In this document: positions 1-10,785 of the stretch, in pieces
How the letters are laid out: the number at the start of each line of letters is the position of its first letter
Numbering within the stretch: the stretch's first letter is position 1
From: an uncultured Candidatus Rokubacteria bacterium
GTDB taxonomy: Bacteria; Methylomirabilota; Methylomirabilia; Rokubacteriales; DASRDR01
Assembly: GCA_963805625.1 (NCBI GenBank)
Contig: CAWDVE010000017.1
Span: 448,001 to 512,000 of the forward strand
Reading direction: 5' to 3'
DNA: 64,000 bases
Notes under the pieces: generated by a model
Told to the model about the DNA's origin: nothing
What the model saw: the letters and a program-made list of their open reading frames with translations, nothing else
Database searches by the model: none
Program-made: the position numbers and the translations under genes

Positions 1-1880
1 CCGGGCGGGGGGAGCGCGACCTGGGTCGGGGGGTTCGGGGTGACGGCACCGGGGGTGCCGCCGCCGCCGCCCCCACCGCCGCCGGGCATGACGCTCGTGT
101 GGAACGGGAAGATCCGGGACCGGGTGGGGCCGAGCGAGGGGGCGCCGGCTCCGGACGGGGCGCTGGACGGGACGCTGACGGCGACGATGACGGGCGGGGC
201 GCGGACGGTGCGCCAGCTGGTGCTAGTGGCGAGCGGCGGGGGCACGGGGCAGTGGAACACGGTGCCGAACGACGGTTACTGGATCCTGGGGGCCGCGGCG
301 GGGTGGGACACGGCGACCCTGAACGCCACGAACGGCTCGGTGAACTTCGCGGTGGCGGACGGCGGGAGCTTCGCGGTGTTCGCGACGGACTGGTACAACG
401 GGAAGTTCGTGGCGGGGACGACGCTGAGGCTGACGGCGACGTTCACGGACGACACGGTAGCGACGGCGAGCGCGGTCGTGCCGGTGGTGCCGACGGTGAC
501 GGGGATGACCCCGTCGGGCGGGGAGCAGGGCGCGACGGTGTCGGTGACGGTCACCGGGACGAACTTCCAGAGCGGGGCGACGCTGAGCGTGGGGGCGGGG
601 GTGGCGGTGACGAGCATGTCGGTGCCGTCGGCCACGCAGCTGCTGGCGACGCTGGCGATCGCCGTCGACGCGGCGGTGGGGCCACGGGACGTGACGGTGA
701 CGAACCCGGGCGGGGGGAGCGCGACCTGGGTCGGGGGGTTCGGGGTGACGGCACCGGGGGTGCCGCCGCCGCCGCCCCCACCGCCGCCGGGCATGACGCT
801 CGTGTGGAACGGGAAGATCCGGGACCGGGTGGGGCCGAGCGAGGGGGCGCCGGCTCCGGACGGGGCGCTGGACGGGACGCTGACGGCGACGATGACGGGC
901 GGGGCGCGGACGGTGCGCCAGCTGGTGCTAGTGGCGAGCGGCGGGGGCACGGGGCAGTGGAACACGGTGCCGAACGACGGTTACTGGATCCTGGGGGCCG
1001 CGGCGGGGTGGGACACGGCGACCCTGAACGCCACGAACGGCTCGGTGAACTTCGCGGTGGCGGACGGCGGGAGCTTCGCGGTGTTCGCGACGGACTGGTA
1101 CAACGGGAAGTTCGTGGCGGGGACGACGCTGAGGCTGACGGCGACGTTCACGGACGACACGGTAGCGACGGCGAGCGCGGTCGTGCCGGTGGTGCCGACG
1201 GTGACGGGGATGACCCCGTCGGGCGGGGAGCAGGGCGCGACGGTGTCGGTGACGGTCACCGGGACGAACTTTCAGAGCGGGGCGACGCTGAGCGTGGGGG
1301 CGGGGGTGGCGGTGACGAGCATGTCGGTGCCGTCGGCCACGCAGCTGCTGGCGACGCTGGCGATCGCCGTCGACGCGGCGGTGGGGCCACGGGACGTGAC
1401 GGTGACGAACCCGGGCGGGGGGAGCGCGACCTGGGTCGGGGGGTTCGGGGTGACGGCACCGGGGGTGCCGCCGCCGCCGCCCCCACCGCCGCCGGGCATG
1501 ACGCTCGTGTGGAACGGGAAGATCCGGGACCGGGTGGGGCCGAGCGAGGGGGCGCCGGCTCCGGACGGGGCGCTGGACGGGACGCTGACGGCGACGATGA
1601 CGGGCGGGGCGCGGACGGTGCGCCAGCTGGTGCTAGTGGCGAGCGGCGGGGGCACGGGGCAGTGGAACACGGTGCCGAACGACGGTTACTGGATCCTGGG
1701 GGCCGCGGCGGGGTGGGACACGGCGACCCTGAACGCCACGAACGGCTCGGTGAACTTCGCGGTGGCGGACGGCGGGAGCTTCGCGGTGTTCGCGACGGAC
1801 TGGTACAACGGGAAGTTCGTGGCGGGGACGACGCTGAGGCTAACGGCGACGTTCACGGACGACACGGTAGCGACGGCGAG
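1..1880 (+). repeat. Near-identical 705-bp intragenic tandem repeat (~2.7 copies visible)
   Basis: Units start at 1, 706 and 1411; only isolated SNPs seen. Confidence 0.97.
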
Positions 1881-1896
1881 TGTGGTCGTGCAGTGA
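1..1896 (+). CDS. 5'-partial large repetitive surface protein (IPT/TIG-like Ig domain + poly-Pro linker + unknown beta domain)
   Basis: Frame is open from base 1; 235-aa unit containing PTVTGMTPSGGEQGATVSVTVTGTNF...DVTVTNPGG (IPT/TIG-like) and a poly-Pro run. Confidence 0.85.
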   Translation, partial: PGGGSATWVGGFGVTAPGVPPPPPPPPPGMTLVWNGKIRDRVGPSEGAPAPDGALDGTLTATMTGGARTVRQLVLVASGGGTGQWNTVPNDGYWILGAAAGWDTATLNATNGSVNFAVADGGSFAVFATDWYNGKFVAGTTLRLTATFTDDTVATASAVVPVVPTVTGMTPSGGEQGATVSVTVTGTNFQSGATLSVGAGVAVTSMSVPSATQLLATLAIAVDAAVGPRDVTVTNPGGGSATWVGGFGVTAPGVPPPPPPPPPGMTLVWNGKIRDRVGPSEGAPAPDGALDGTLTATMTGGARTVRQLVLVASGGGTGQWNTVPNDGYWILGAAAGWDTATLNATNGSVNFAVADGGSFAVFATDWYNGKFVAGTTLRLTATFTDDTVATASAVVPVVPTVTGMTPSGGEQGATVSVTVTGTNFQSGATLSVGAGVAVTSMSVPSATQLLATLAIAVDAAVGPRDVTVTNPGGGSATWVGGFGVTAPGVPPPPPPPPPGMTLVWNGKIRDRVGPSEGAPAPDGALDGTLTATMTGGARTVRQLVLVASGGGTGQWNTVPNDGYWILGAAAGWDTATLNATNGSVNFAVADGGSFAVFATDWYNGKFVAGTTLRLTATFTDDTVATASVVVQ

Positions 1897-1927
1897 GCGA
1901 GGCGCCTCGGCGGCGGCCTTTGGCCGA

Positions 1928-2326
1928 GTGTTGAACCGTCGCCAGGTGCTTGTTGGCGGGGCCGTCCTTGTTCTCCTGTCCGGGGAGAGAAGCGTGGCCT
2001 GGGCCGAAACGCCGGTGATCGATCCCGAGGTCCGAGCCGCTGTCGCGCGCGGTCCCGCGCGTGTACTCGTCGAGCTCCGGCTGCCTGACCCCTCGGCTGC
2101 CAGCCCGGGCGTCGGGTCGGCGCGGGGGCCGGCGATCGCGACGGCTCGCGAAGCAGTCCTCAAGCGCCTGTCGGGAACGCTCCACCGGCTCGTGCGTCAG
2201 TACACGAGCACCCCCCTGCTCGCCCTCGAGATCGGCCCGGACGCTCTCCGGGCCCTCGAGGCGATGGGTGACTTGGTGGTCCGCGTGCGCGCGGAGCAGG
2301 TCCGTGCGCCGGCCGCACCCCGCTAG
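1928..2326 (+). CDS. Small exported protein with Tat-like signal, resembling a stand-alone subtilase propeptide (I9-like)
   Basis: LNRRQVL + hydrophobic stretch + AWA; then ARVLVEL...RQYTSTPLLALEIGPDALRALE. Confidence 0.6.
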   Translation: MLNRRQVLVGGAVLVLLSGERSVAWAETPVIDPEVRAAVARGPARVLVELRLPDPSAASPGVGSARGPAIATAREAVLKRLSGTLHRLVRQYTSTPLLALEIGPDALRALEAMGDLVVRVRAEQVRAPAAPR

Positions 2327-2399
2327 CGCCGCCCGAGTGTGGCGCCTCTTCCCTTTGGCCTTCCGGCAGGGCGACTGCTCTGTGGGGCGGGTCGCAGGC

Positions 2400-2520
2400 G
2401 GGAGGCCTCCGGCGTTCACATGCGCGGCGAGCCCATAGATCGCGGGTAAGAGACGAGCCACGAGCTCCGTCACGATGTTCTGCCCCTCGACATAGCCGAG
2501 CTCCCGCATTCCTTGGTGCC
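2400..2520 (-). pseudogene. Internally deleted ABC substrate-binding protein remnant
   Basis: GMRELGYVEGQNIV joined directly to LPAIY...VNAGGL, two motifs normally far apart. Confidence 0.55.
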
Positions 2521-2760
2521 GTGGACGGCACGAGCCTCCAGGCATCCTCCCCGTCGCCGCGGCTGGAGAGCCATGTCCGAGCGCGCTGCCGCCCCCCCGG
2601 GCCGCATCCTACGCCAGGGTCCATGGGGTTCCCACGGCCGGTTGCGGACTGGTTGCAGCTCTGCCACGCTCCGGCGCGTTCGATCACTCCTGCGTGCTGC
2701 AGCTGGCCGGCACTTCTGTCTCACGTTTCGTTCCGGTAGAATGACCGGACGAGTTCTGGC

Positions 2761-3852
<1,092 letters not shown>

Positions 3853-3864
3853 CGAGCGGCGCCG

Positions 3865-6290
3865 GTGAGGATCCCGTACCGCTGGCTCCGGGAGTTCGTC
3901 GACACGGGGGCCGAGCCGCGCGCCGTCGCCGAGCGGCTGACGATGGCCGGGATCGAGACTGGCCTGGTCGCCGAGGGCGCCTCGGAGCTCGGCGGCCTGG
4001 TCGTGGCCGAGGTGCTCGACGTGGCCCCGCACGCCGCAGGCGGAACGCTCCGGGTCTGCGAAGTGTCGACCGGGGCGGAGCGCTACCGCGTGGTGTGCGG
4101 CGCGCCGAACGTCCGGGCGGGAGTGCGAGCGGCCTTCGCCCCCCCGGGAGCGGCGCTCCCCGGTGGCCGGCGGGTTGCGGTCGCCACCATCCGGGGCATC
4201 GCGTCCGAGGGGATGCTCTGCTCGGAGGCGGAGCTGGGCGTCGGGCCTGACGCGAGTGGCATCCTGCTCCTGGGCGCCGACGCGCCCGTGGGTGCCGACC
4301 TGGTTGGCCACCTGGGTCTCGACGATGCGATCCTCGAGGTCGAGGTGACGCCGAATCGGCCCGACTGCCTGGCCATCGTCGGGGTCGCCCGCGAAGTGGC
4401 CGCGCTGACCGGCGGCCGCCTCCGGCCCGCGGACTGCGCGGCCCGCGAGGACCCGGCCGTGACGACGGCTGGCTGGCGGATCACCATCGAGGATCCGGAT
4501 CTCTGCCCCCGCTACGCGGCGCGGCTCGTCACCGGCGTCACGGTCGCCCCGTCCCCGGCCTGGCTCGCCCAGCGCCTTCGCGCGGCCGGGCTCCGCCCGA
4601 TCAACAACGTCGTCGACGTGACGAACTACGTGCTCTGGGAGCTGGGACACCCGCTTCACGCGTTCGATGGCGACCTCCTGACGGACCGCCACGTCGTGGT
4701 CCGCCGGGCCCGCCCCGGCGAGACCGTCGTGACCCTGGACGGGCAGAGTCGGGCGCTCGGCGATCAGATGCTCGTGATCGCCGACGCGGCGCGTGCCGTG
4801 GCGGTGGCCGGGGTCATGGGTGGCGCCAACACCGAGGTGCGAGACACGACCCGCACGGTGCTGCTCGAGAGCGCGTACTTCGCGCCCGGCTCGATCCGCC
4901 GCACCGCGAAGGCGCTCGGCCTTTCCACCGAGGCCTCCTATCGCTTCGAGCGGGGCGCGGACATCGAGGGGCTCAGGGACGCGCTGGATCGCGCCGCGCA
5001 GCTGATCGCCGAGCTGGGCGGGGGTCAGGTCGCGACCGGCGTGCTCGACGCCTACCCCGCGCCTCGCCGGCCGCTGGCGGTGCCGCTTCGCCTGGAGCGC
5101 ATCCAGCGGGTCGTCGGCGCGTGCCCGCCCGGGGCGGCCGTCGCCGACATTCTGCGGGGCCTGGGGTTCCCGGCGACGGAGCGCGAGGGCGGCTTCGAGG
5201 TCGTGGTCCCCGCCTTCCGGCGCGACGTCGCCATCGAGGACGACCTCGTGGAGGAGATCGCGCGCGTCTGGGGCTACGAGAATATCCCCTCGACGCTCCC
5301 GTCCGGGGCCCTGGCCCTCACGCGCCGGCCACGCCACATGGTCGCGCGGGACACCGTGCGCCGCGTTCTCACCGGCGCGGGCTGCCACGAGACCGTCTCG
5401 CTGTCGCTGACCGATCCCGCGCACCTTCGCCATCTCGATCTCTCGCCGGACGACCCCCGCGTCGTCCGGCTCCAGAACCCGCTGGCGACGGACCGGTCCG
5501 TGATGCGCCCGACCCTCCTCTTCGGCCTTCTGGAGGCGCTCGCGACAAACGTACGCCGCCAGACGCCCGACGTGCGGCTCTTCGAGATCGGGCGCGTGTT
5601 CGAGGGGCGCGGGGCAGGGGTCCTGCCCCGAGAGGACACCCGCGTCGGCGTCGTGCTGACGGGGCTCCGCGCCCCGCGCGCCTGGCACACGTCCCGCGCG
5701 CGGGTCGACGTCTTCGACGCGAAGGGCGCCGCGGAGGGCGTCGTCGAAGCGCTGGGGCGGGGCGAGGTCAGCGCCGAGCCCGCGACGGCGCCGTACCTCG
5801 AGGACGGGCGCGCTGCCACGGTCGTGGTTCAGGGCGTGCCCGTCGGAGTCATGGGCGAGCTCCACCCGGACGTCCAGAAGGCGTTCGACCTGTCGATGCC
5901 GGTCTTCGTCGTGGAGCTGTCGCTCGACGCAATCGAGGCTCTGCCCGGCCGCGTGATCCAGTACCGGCCTCTCGCCCGGCACCCGGGAGTCCAGCGGGAC
6001 CTGGCGGTGGTCGTCCCCGTCGGTGTGCGGGCGGCCGAGGTTGGGCGTGCGATCGAGGCGATCCGGCCACCGTGGCTCAAGCGGGTGGCCCTCTTCGACG
6101 TCTACGAGGGTGTGCAGGTCGGGTCCGGCCGGAAGAGCCTCGCCTATGCCCTCCTCTACCAGGCCGACGATCGGACGCTCACCGACGCGGAGGTCAACCG
6201 GGCGCATGGCGAGGTGGTGGAGCAGCTCCGGGTCGAGCTTGGCGCCGAGGTGCGGGGTGCGGACGGGTCCGGGGGGGAGATGCCGAATGA
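3865..6290 (+). CDS. pheT: Phenylalanine-tRNA ligase beta subunit (true stop probably 6290; ORF as given runs to 6642)
   Basis: VCGAPN, TPNRPDCL, SYRFERG, RDLAVVV, DRTLTD motifs; homology ends near LGAEVRG ~6258. Confidence 0.95.
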
Positions 6291-6574
6291 CCGAAGACGC
6301 CCAGGCGCGACTGGCCCTCCTCGAGCAGCACGTTCAACGGGCGATCGAGCTGATCAGCACCCTTCGTGCGGAGAACGCTCGGCTCGCCACGGAGCGTCGA
6401 GGCCTGGACGCCCGGGTGGCCGATCTCACGGTCGAGGCGGAGGGGCTCCGCACCCGGCTCGAGGTCATTGGTCGGCTCGAGGCGGAGCAGCGGCGCCTCC
6501 TCGAGGAGCGCCGGCAGCTGCTCGGCCAAGTGGAGGGGATCCTGAAGGACCTCGCCCGGATCGAGGGACTCTGA
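6287..6574 (+). CDS. zapB: ZapB-like coiled-coil cell division protein
   Basis: Short all-coiled-coil ORF between pheT and zapA; ATG at 6287. Confidence 0.7.
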   Translation: MTEDAQARLALLEQHVQRAIELISTLRAENARLATERRGLDARVADLTVEAEGLRTRLEVIGRLEAEQRRLLEERRQLLGQVEGILKDLARIEGL

Positions 6575-6638
6575 CGGGTCCTGACGTGATCGCCCCGCGG
6601 TGGCCAGGTGATCACCGGATAATCAAAGGAGGTGGCCC

Positions 6639-6944
6639 ATGACCGAGGGGCGCGCGGATGTCGAGATCCTGGGTCAGCGGCTGTCCGTCCGCGGGCGGGG
6701 AACACCCGAGTACATCCACGAGCTGGCCGAGTATCTGAACGGACGGATCCAGACCGTGCGGGACCAGGCCCGGGTGTTTGACCCGTTGCGGCTCTCGCTC
6801 CTGGCCGGTCTTCACGTCGTGGACGAGCTGTACCGGTGTCGCGAGACGGAGGGCGGGCGCGGGACGGACGCCCAGTTGCTGGTGCGGGTGGACCGGTTGA
6901 CGGAGCAGCTGGGAGCCGTCCTGGACGGCCGCGCCGGGGCTTGA
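6639..6944 (+). CDS. zapA: Cell division protein ZapA
   Basis: VEILGQ...YIHELAEYLN...LLAGLHVVDEL; strong RBS; synteny. Confidence 0.88.
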   Translation: MTEGRADVEILGQRLSVRGRGTPEYIHELAEYLNGRIQTVRDQARVFDPLRLSLLAGLHVVDELYRCRETEGGRGTDAQLLVRVDRLTEQLGAVLDGRAGA

Positions 6945-6987
6945 CGGGGGCCTGCGCCCGCGGGCCTAATAATGGTTGGGCACGCGC

Positions 6988-7163
6988 TTCCCTGCGCTGT
7001 GCGTGATGTGAGGCGACGGTTGCGAGCCTAGTATCGTGAACGGGAGTCCTCCCGCGCGAGCGGTGAGCGGCCCCTCGCGAGAGGGGAAGCCTAAGGCCGC
7101 GCATTGGGCTCCCACCTGGTAGAGCCAGGTTCGAACCAGCCAAGCACACGGCAGAGGCGGGGA
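6988..7163 (+). ncRNA. ssrS: 6S RNA (ends approximate)
   Basis: Lies between zapA and rny; long terminal helix (cctgcgctgtgcgtg/cacacggcagagg), inner gggagt/gctccc helix, ccacctggtagagccaggttcgaa element. Confidence 0.85.
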
Positions 7164-7377
7164 ACTTTCCGGATGGGCGGGACCCGAGCGTCCCGCCCGT
7201 CGTGTTTTGACCCCGATGGTCGCGACGGATTCCGGCGCCCCCCGACGCTTGGCGCGCCGATCGGTGGCGGCGTCGTAACGATCGATCGTGTTGCCCATCG
7301 TCACAGGTCCGCGCCCGCCCCGGGACGTCCCGCCTGATGCGCTATGTTGACCAGGGCCAGCCGGGAAGCGACTCGCC

Positions 7378-7406
7378 TTGACACCGAGTGGCAAACAGCC
7401 TAATGT
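7378..7406 (+). promoter_or_regulatory. Sigma70-type promoter for rny operon
   Basis: TTGACA-17 bp-TAATGT. Confidence 0.65.
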
Positions 7407-7496
7407 TGAGCGGATTTAGACCGGATTCCTCATGATTGAGAGAGGGCATTCCGCGTCGGCTCGGACCCCGGCCACCGGCCGGTGGGCTGAGAGGAG

Positions 7497-9077
7497 GTGA
7501 CGATCCTGGGACCCATCACGCTCCTCGTCCTGATCGTCGCCGCCGTGGTCCTGCTGCCTCTCGCAATACTCGTTGGCATGCTGCTCCAGCGGCAAATCAC
7601 CACACGTCGGCTGGGAGATGTTGCGCAACACGGCCGGCGTGTTCTGGAGGAGGCCGAGCGGAATGCGGAGACCCGCCTGAAGGACGCCGCCATCGAGGCC
7701 AAGGAGGTCGTCTACCGCGCTCGGACCGAGCTCGAGCAGGAGATCCGTGAGCGTCAGAAGGAGGTCCAGGGCCTCGAGCGGCGGTTGAGCCAGAAGGAGG
7801 AGCAGGTCTCGCGGCGGCTCGACCAGTTCGACCGCCGTGACCGTGACTACCACGCGCGCGAGGAAGGTCTGCGCGGACGGGAGCAGGCGCTCAAGGAAGT
7901 CGAGGCGCGACAGCAGGCGCTGGTCGACGAGCAGCGCCGGCAGCTCGAGCGGATCGCGGGTCTGACGGCCGAGGAAGCCAAGCAGCGGCTCCTGGCCCAG
8001 ATGGAGGAGGAGGCCCGGCGCGAGGCCATCCTGATCGCGATGCGACTGGAGGAGGAGGCGCGCGAGGGCGCCGAGCGCAAGGCGCGCGAGGTGCTTGCGA
8101 CGACCATCCAACGACTCGCCCCGGACTACACGGTGGAGACCGCCGTCGCCATCGTAGACCTGCCGTCGGACGACATGAAGGGCCGCATCATCGGCCGCGA
8201 GGGGCGCAACATCCGGGCACTCGAGCTGGCCACCGGTGTAGACCTCATCGTGGACGACACGCCGGAGGCGGTGATCATCTCCGGCTACGATCCGCTCCGG
8301 CGGGAGATCGCCAAGATCACGCTCCAGCGCCTCATCGCCGACGGCCGGATCCATCCGGCTCGGATCGAGGAGGTCGTCGAGAAGGTCAAGAAGGAAATGG
8401 AGCAGCACCTGAAGGAGGAAGGCGAGCGGGCGTGCTTCGAGGTCGGGGTACACGGGCTGCACGCGGAGCTGGTCCGGATGGTGGGGCGGCTCCGGTACCG
8501 CACCTCCTACGGCCAGAACTGCCTCCAGCACTCCAAGGAGGTCGCGTGGCTGGCCGGCATGATGGCGGCCGAGGTCGGGGCCGACGTCAAGCTGGCCAAG
8601 CGCTGCGGCCTCCTCCACGACATCGGCAAGGCTTTGACCCACGAGCAGGAGGGCAGCCACGTCGACCTTTCCGTGGAGCTCCTGTCCAAGTACAACGAGC
8701 CGCGGGCGGTGCTGAACACGATTCTCTCGGGCCACGACCAGGAGGAGCCGGAGACGGTCGAGGCGGTGCTGGTCGAGGCCGCCGACGGCGTCTCGGCGGC
8801 GCGGCCGGGCGCCCGCCGCGACGTGCTCGAGAGCTATATCAAGCGGGTCAAGGCCATGGAGGACATCGCCTGCTCGTTCAAAGGCGTGGACGCGGCCTAT
8901 GCCATCCAGGCGGGCCGCGAGCTCCGGATCATCACCAAGTCGGATCAGATCTCGGACCTCGACACCTACCAGCTCGCCAAGGACATCGCCAAGCGGATCG
9001 AGGCCGAGATGCAGTACCCCGGTCACATCAAGGTGACCGTGATCCGGGAGCACCGCGCGACCGAGTTCGCGCGCTGA
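7497..9077 (+). CDS. rny: Ribonuclease Y
   Basis: N-terminal TM, coiled coil, KH (MKGRIIGREGRNIR), HD (LLHDIGK). Confidence 0.97.
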   Translation: MTILGPITLLVLIVAAVVLLPLAILVGMLLQRQITTRRLGDVAQHGRRVLEEAERNAETRLKDAAIEAKEVVYRARTELEQEIRERQKEVQGLERRLSQKEEQVSRRLDQFDRRDRDYHAREEGLRGREQALKEVEARQQALVDEQRRQLERIAGLTAEEAKQRLLAQMEEEARREAILIAMRLEEEAREGAERKAREVLATTIQRLAPDYTVETAVAIVDLPSDDMKGRIIGREGRNIRALELATGVDLIVDDTPEAVIISGYDPLRREIAKITLQRLIADGRIHPARIEEVVEKVKKEMEQHLKEEGERACFEVGVHGLHAELVRMVGRLRYRTSYGQNCLQHSKEVAWLAGMMAAEVGADVKLAKRCGLLHDIGKALTHEQEGSHVDLSVELLSKYNEPRAVLNTILSGHDQEEPETVEAVLVEAADGVSAARPGARRDVLESYIKRVKAMEDIACSFKGVDAAYAIQAGRELRIITKSDQISDLDTYQLAKDIAKRIEAEMQYPGHIKVTVIREHRATEFAR

Positions 9078-9114
9078 GCCCGGTCCGCCCGGCTGTTCGG
9101 GTACACTGAGGAAG

Positions 9115-9912
9115 ATGCCCGTGAAGACGCTGACCATCCTGTGCATCGGGGACGTGTTCGGGGAGCCCGGACGCCGGGCGCTCGTGACGTTCCTCCCTCA
9201 GGTCAAGAACGAGCTCCAGGTCGACCTGGTGGTGGCCAACGTGGAGAACGCCGCCGCCGGGTTCGGCGTGACGCCGGCGCTGGCGAAGGGGTTCCTCGAG
9301 GCCGGCGTGGATGTGATGACGAGCGGGAACCACATCTGGGATCGGAAGGAGATCTTCGGCTACATCGTCAAGGAGAACCTCCTCCTTCGCCCCGCCAACT
9401 ACCCGGCGGGGACCCCGGGCGTGGGGTCGGTCGTGGTGAAGGCGGGGGCGCACCAGGTGGGCGTGCTGAACCTCCAGGGCCGTACCTTCATGGCCTCGAT
9501 CGACTGTCCGTTCGCGAAGGCCGACGAGGAGCTCCTGCGGCTCCGGACCGAGACCTCGGTGATCGTGGTCGACATGCACGCCGAGGCGACCTCGGAGAAA
9601 CAGGCCATGGGCTGGTATCTCGACGGGCGCGTCTCGGCCGTGGTTGGCACTCACTCGCACGTCCAGACGGCCGACGAGCGCATCCTGACACAGGGGACGG
9701 CGTATCTCACCGACCTCGGCCTGACCGGTCCCATCGACTCCGTGATCGGCGTCGAGCCCGAGCTGGCTATCCAGCGGTTCCGGACGGGGATGCCGAGCCG
9801 GTTCGAGCCGGCCCGGGGCCGGGCCCGGTTCCAGGGGGCCGTGATCCGGATCGATCCGGAATCGGGGCGCGCGCTCTCGATCGAGCGCGTCCAGCGGGAT
9901 CTCCCCACCTGA
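9115..9912 (+). CDS. ymdB: YmdB/TIGR00282 metallophosphoesterase
   Basis: GDVFG, NVENAAAGFG, SGNHIWD, DMHAEATSEK, GTHSHV. Confidence 0.93.
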   Translation: MPVKTLTILCIGDVFGEPGRRALVTFLPQVKNELQVDLVVANVENAAAGFGVTPALAKGFLEAGVDVMTSGNHIWDRKEIFGYIVKENLLLRPANYPAGTPGVGSVVVKAGAHQVGVLNLQGRTFMASIDCPFAKADEELLRLRTETSVIVVDMHAEATSEKQAMGWYLDGRVSAVVGTHSHVQTADERILTQGTAYLTDLGLTGPIDSVIGVEPELAIQRFRTGMPSRFEPARGRARFQGAVIRIDPESGRALSIERVQRDLPT

Positions 9913-9926
9913 TCCGGGCCTCCGCC

Positions 9927-10781
9927 GTGGCGCAGATCCTCGACGGCAAGGTCGTGGCCGCGAAGGTCCAGGCGGTCGTGGCCGAGGGTGTCGGCGCGCT
10001 TCGCGCGCGGGGCGTGCGCCCCGCTCTCGCGGTCGTGCTGGTGGGCGAGGACCCGGCCTCGAAGGTCTACGTCGGCGGCAAGCGACGGGCCTGCCAGGTG
10101 CTCGGCATCGAGGCGCGCGACCATCTCTTTCCAGCGGGGCTGACCCAGGCCGACCTCCTGGCCCTGATCCGAGAGCTGAACGCCGACCGGACGATTCACG
10201 GGATCCTCGTCCAGCTGCCCTTGCCCTCCGGGATCGACGAGGATCGGGTGATCGCCGCCGTCGACCCCGCGAAGGACGTGGACGGCTTCCACCCTGAGAA
10301 CCTCGGCCGGCTGCTCGCGGGCATGCCCGGAGTCCTCCCGTGCACGCCGGCGGGGGTGATCGAGATCCTCGACCACTATGGCGTCGACCTGAAGGGTGCG
10401 GAGGCCGTGGTGGTGGGCCGCTCGCGCATCGTGGGGAAGCCGCTGGCGCAGCTCCTCCTCGGCCGCCACGCGACCGTCACGATGTGTCACACGCGGACGC
10501 GTGACCTCGCCGCTCACACGCAGCGCGCCGAGATCCTCGCGGTTGCGGCCGGCCGCCCGGCGGTGGTGACCGGGGACATGGTCCGGCCCGACGCCGTCGT
10601 GGTGGACGTCGGCGTGACCCGACTCGCGAACGGGAAGCTCGTCGGGGACGTGGACTTCGCCACCGTGAGCCCGCGGGTGCGCGCGATCACACCCGTGCCC
10701 GGCGGCGTGGGACCGATGACGATCGCGATGCTGATGCGAAACACGCTCGACGCCGCTCGTCGCCAGGCGGGGCTTGGCTGA
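9927..10781 (+). CDS. folD: Methylenetetrahydrofolate dehydrogenase/cyclohydrolase
   Basis: ILDGK, GILVQLPLP, KDVDGFHP, PCTP, TPVPGGVGPMT. Confidence 0.97.
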   Translation: MAQILDGKVVAAKVQAVVAEGVGALRARGVRPALAVVLVGEDPASKVYVGGKRRACQVLGIEARDHLFPAGLTQADLLALIRELNADRTIHGILVQLPLPSGIDEDRVIAAVDPAKDVDGFHPENLGRLLAGMPGVLPCTPAGVIEILDHYGVDLKGAEAVVVGRSRIVGKPLAQLLLGRHATVTMCHTRTRDLAAHTQRAEILAVAAGRPAVVTGDMVRPDAVVVDVGVTRLANGKLVGDVDFATVSPRVRAITPVPGGVGPMTIAMLMRNTLDAARRQAGLG

Positions 10782-10785
10782 GCCG

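Noticed and set aside
99-1934. 611-aa alternative-frame ORF over the repeat gene
   Set aside because: Stop-free only because the repeat unit is GC-rich and a multiple of 3
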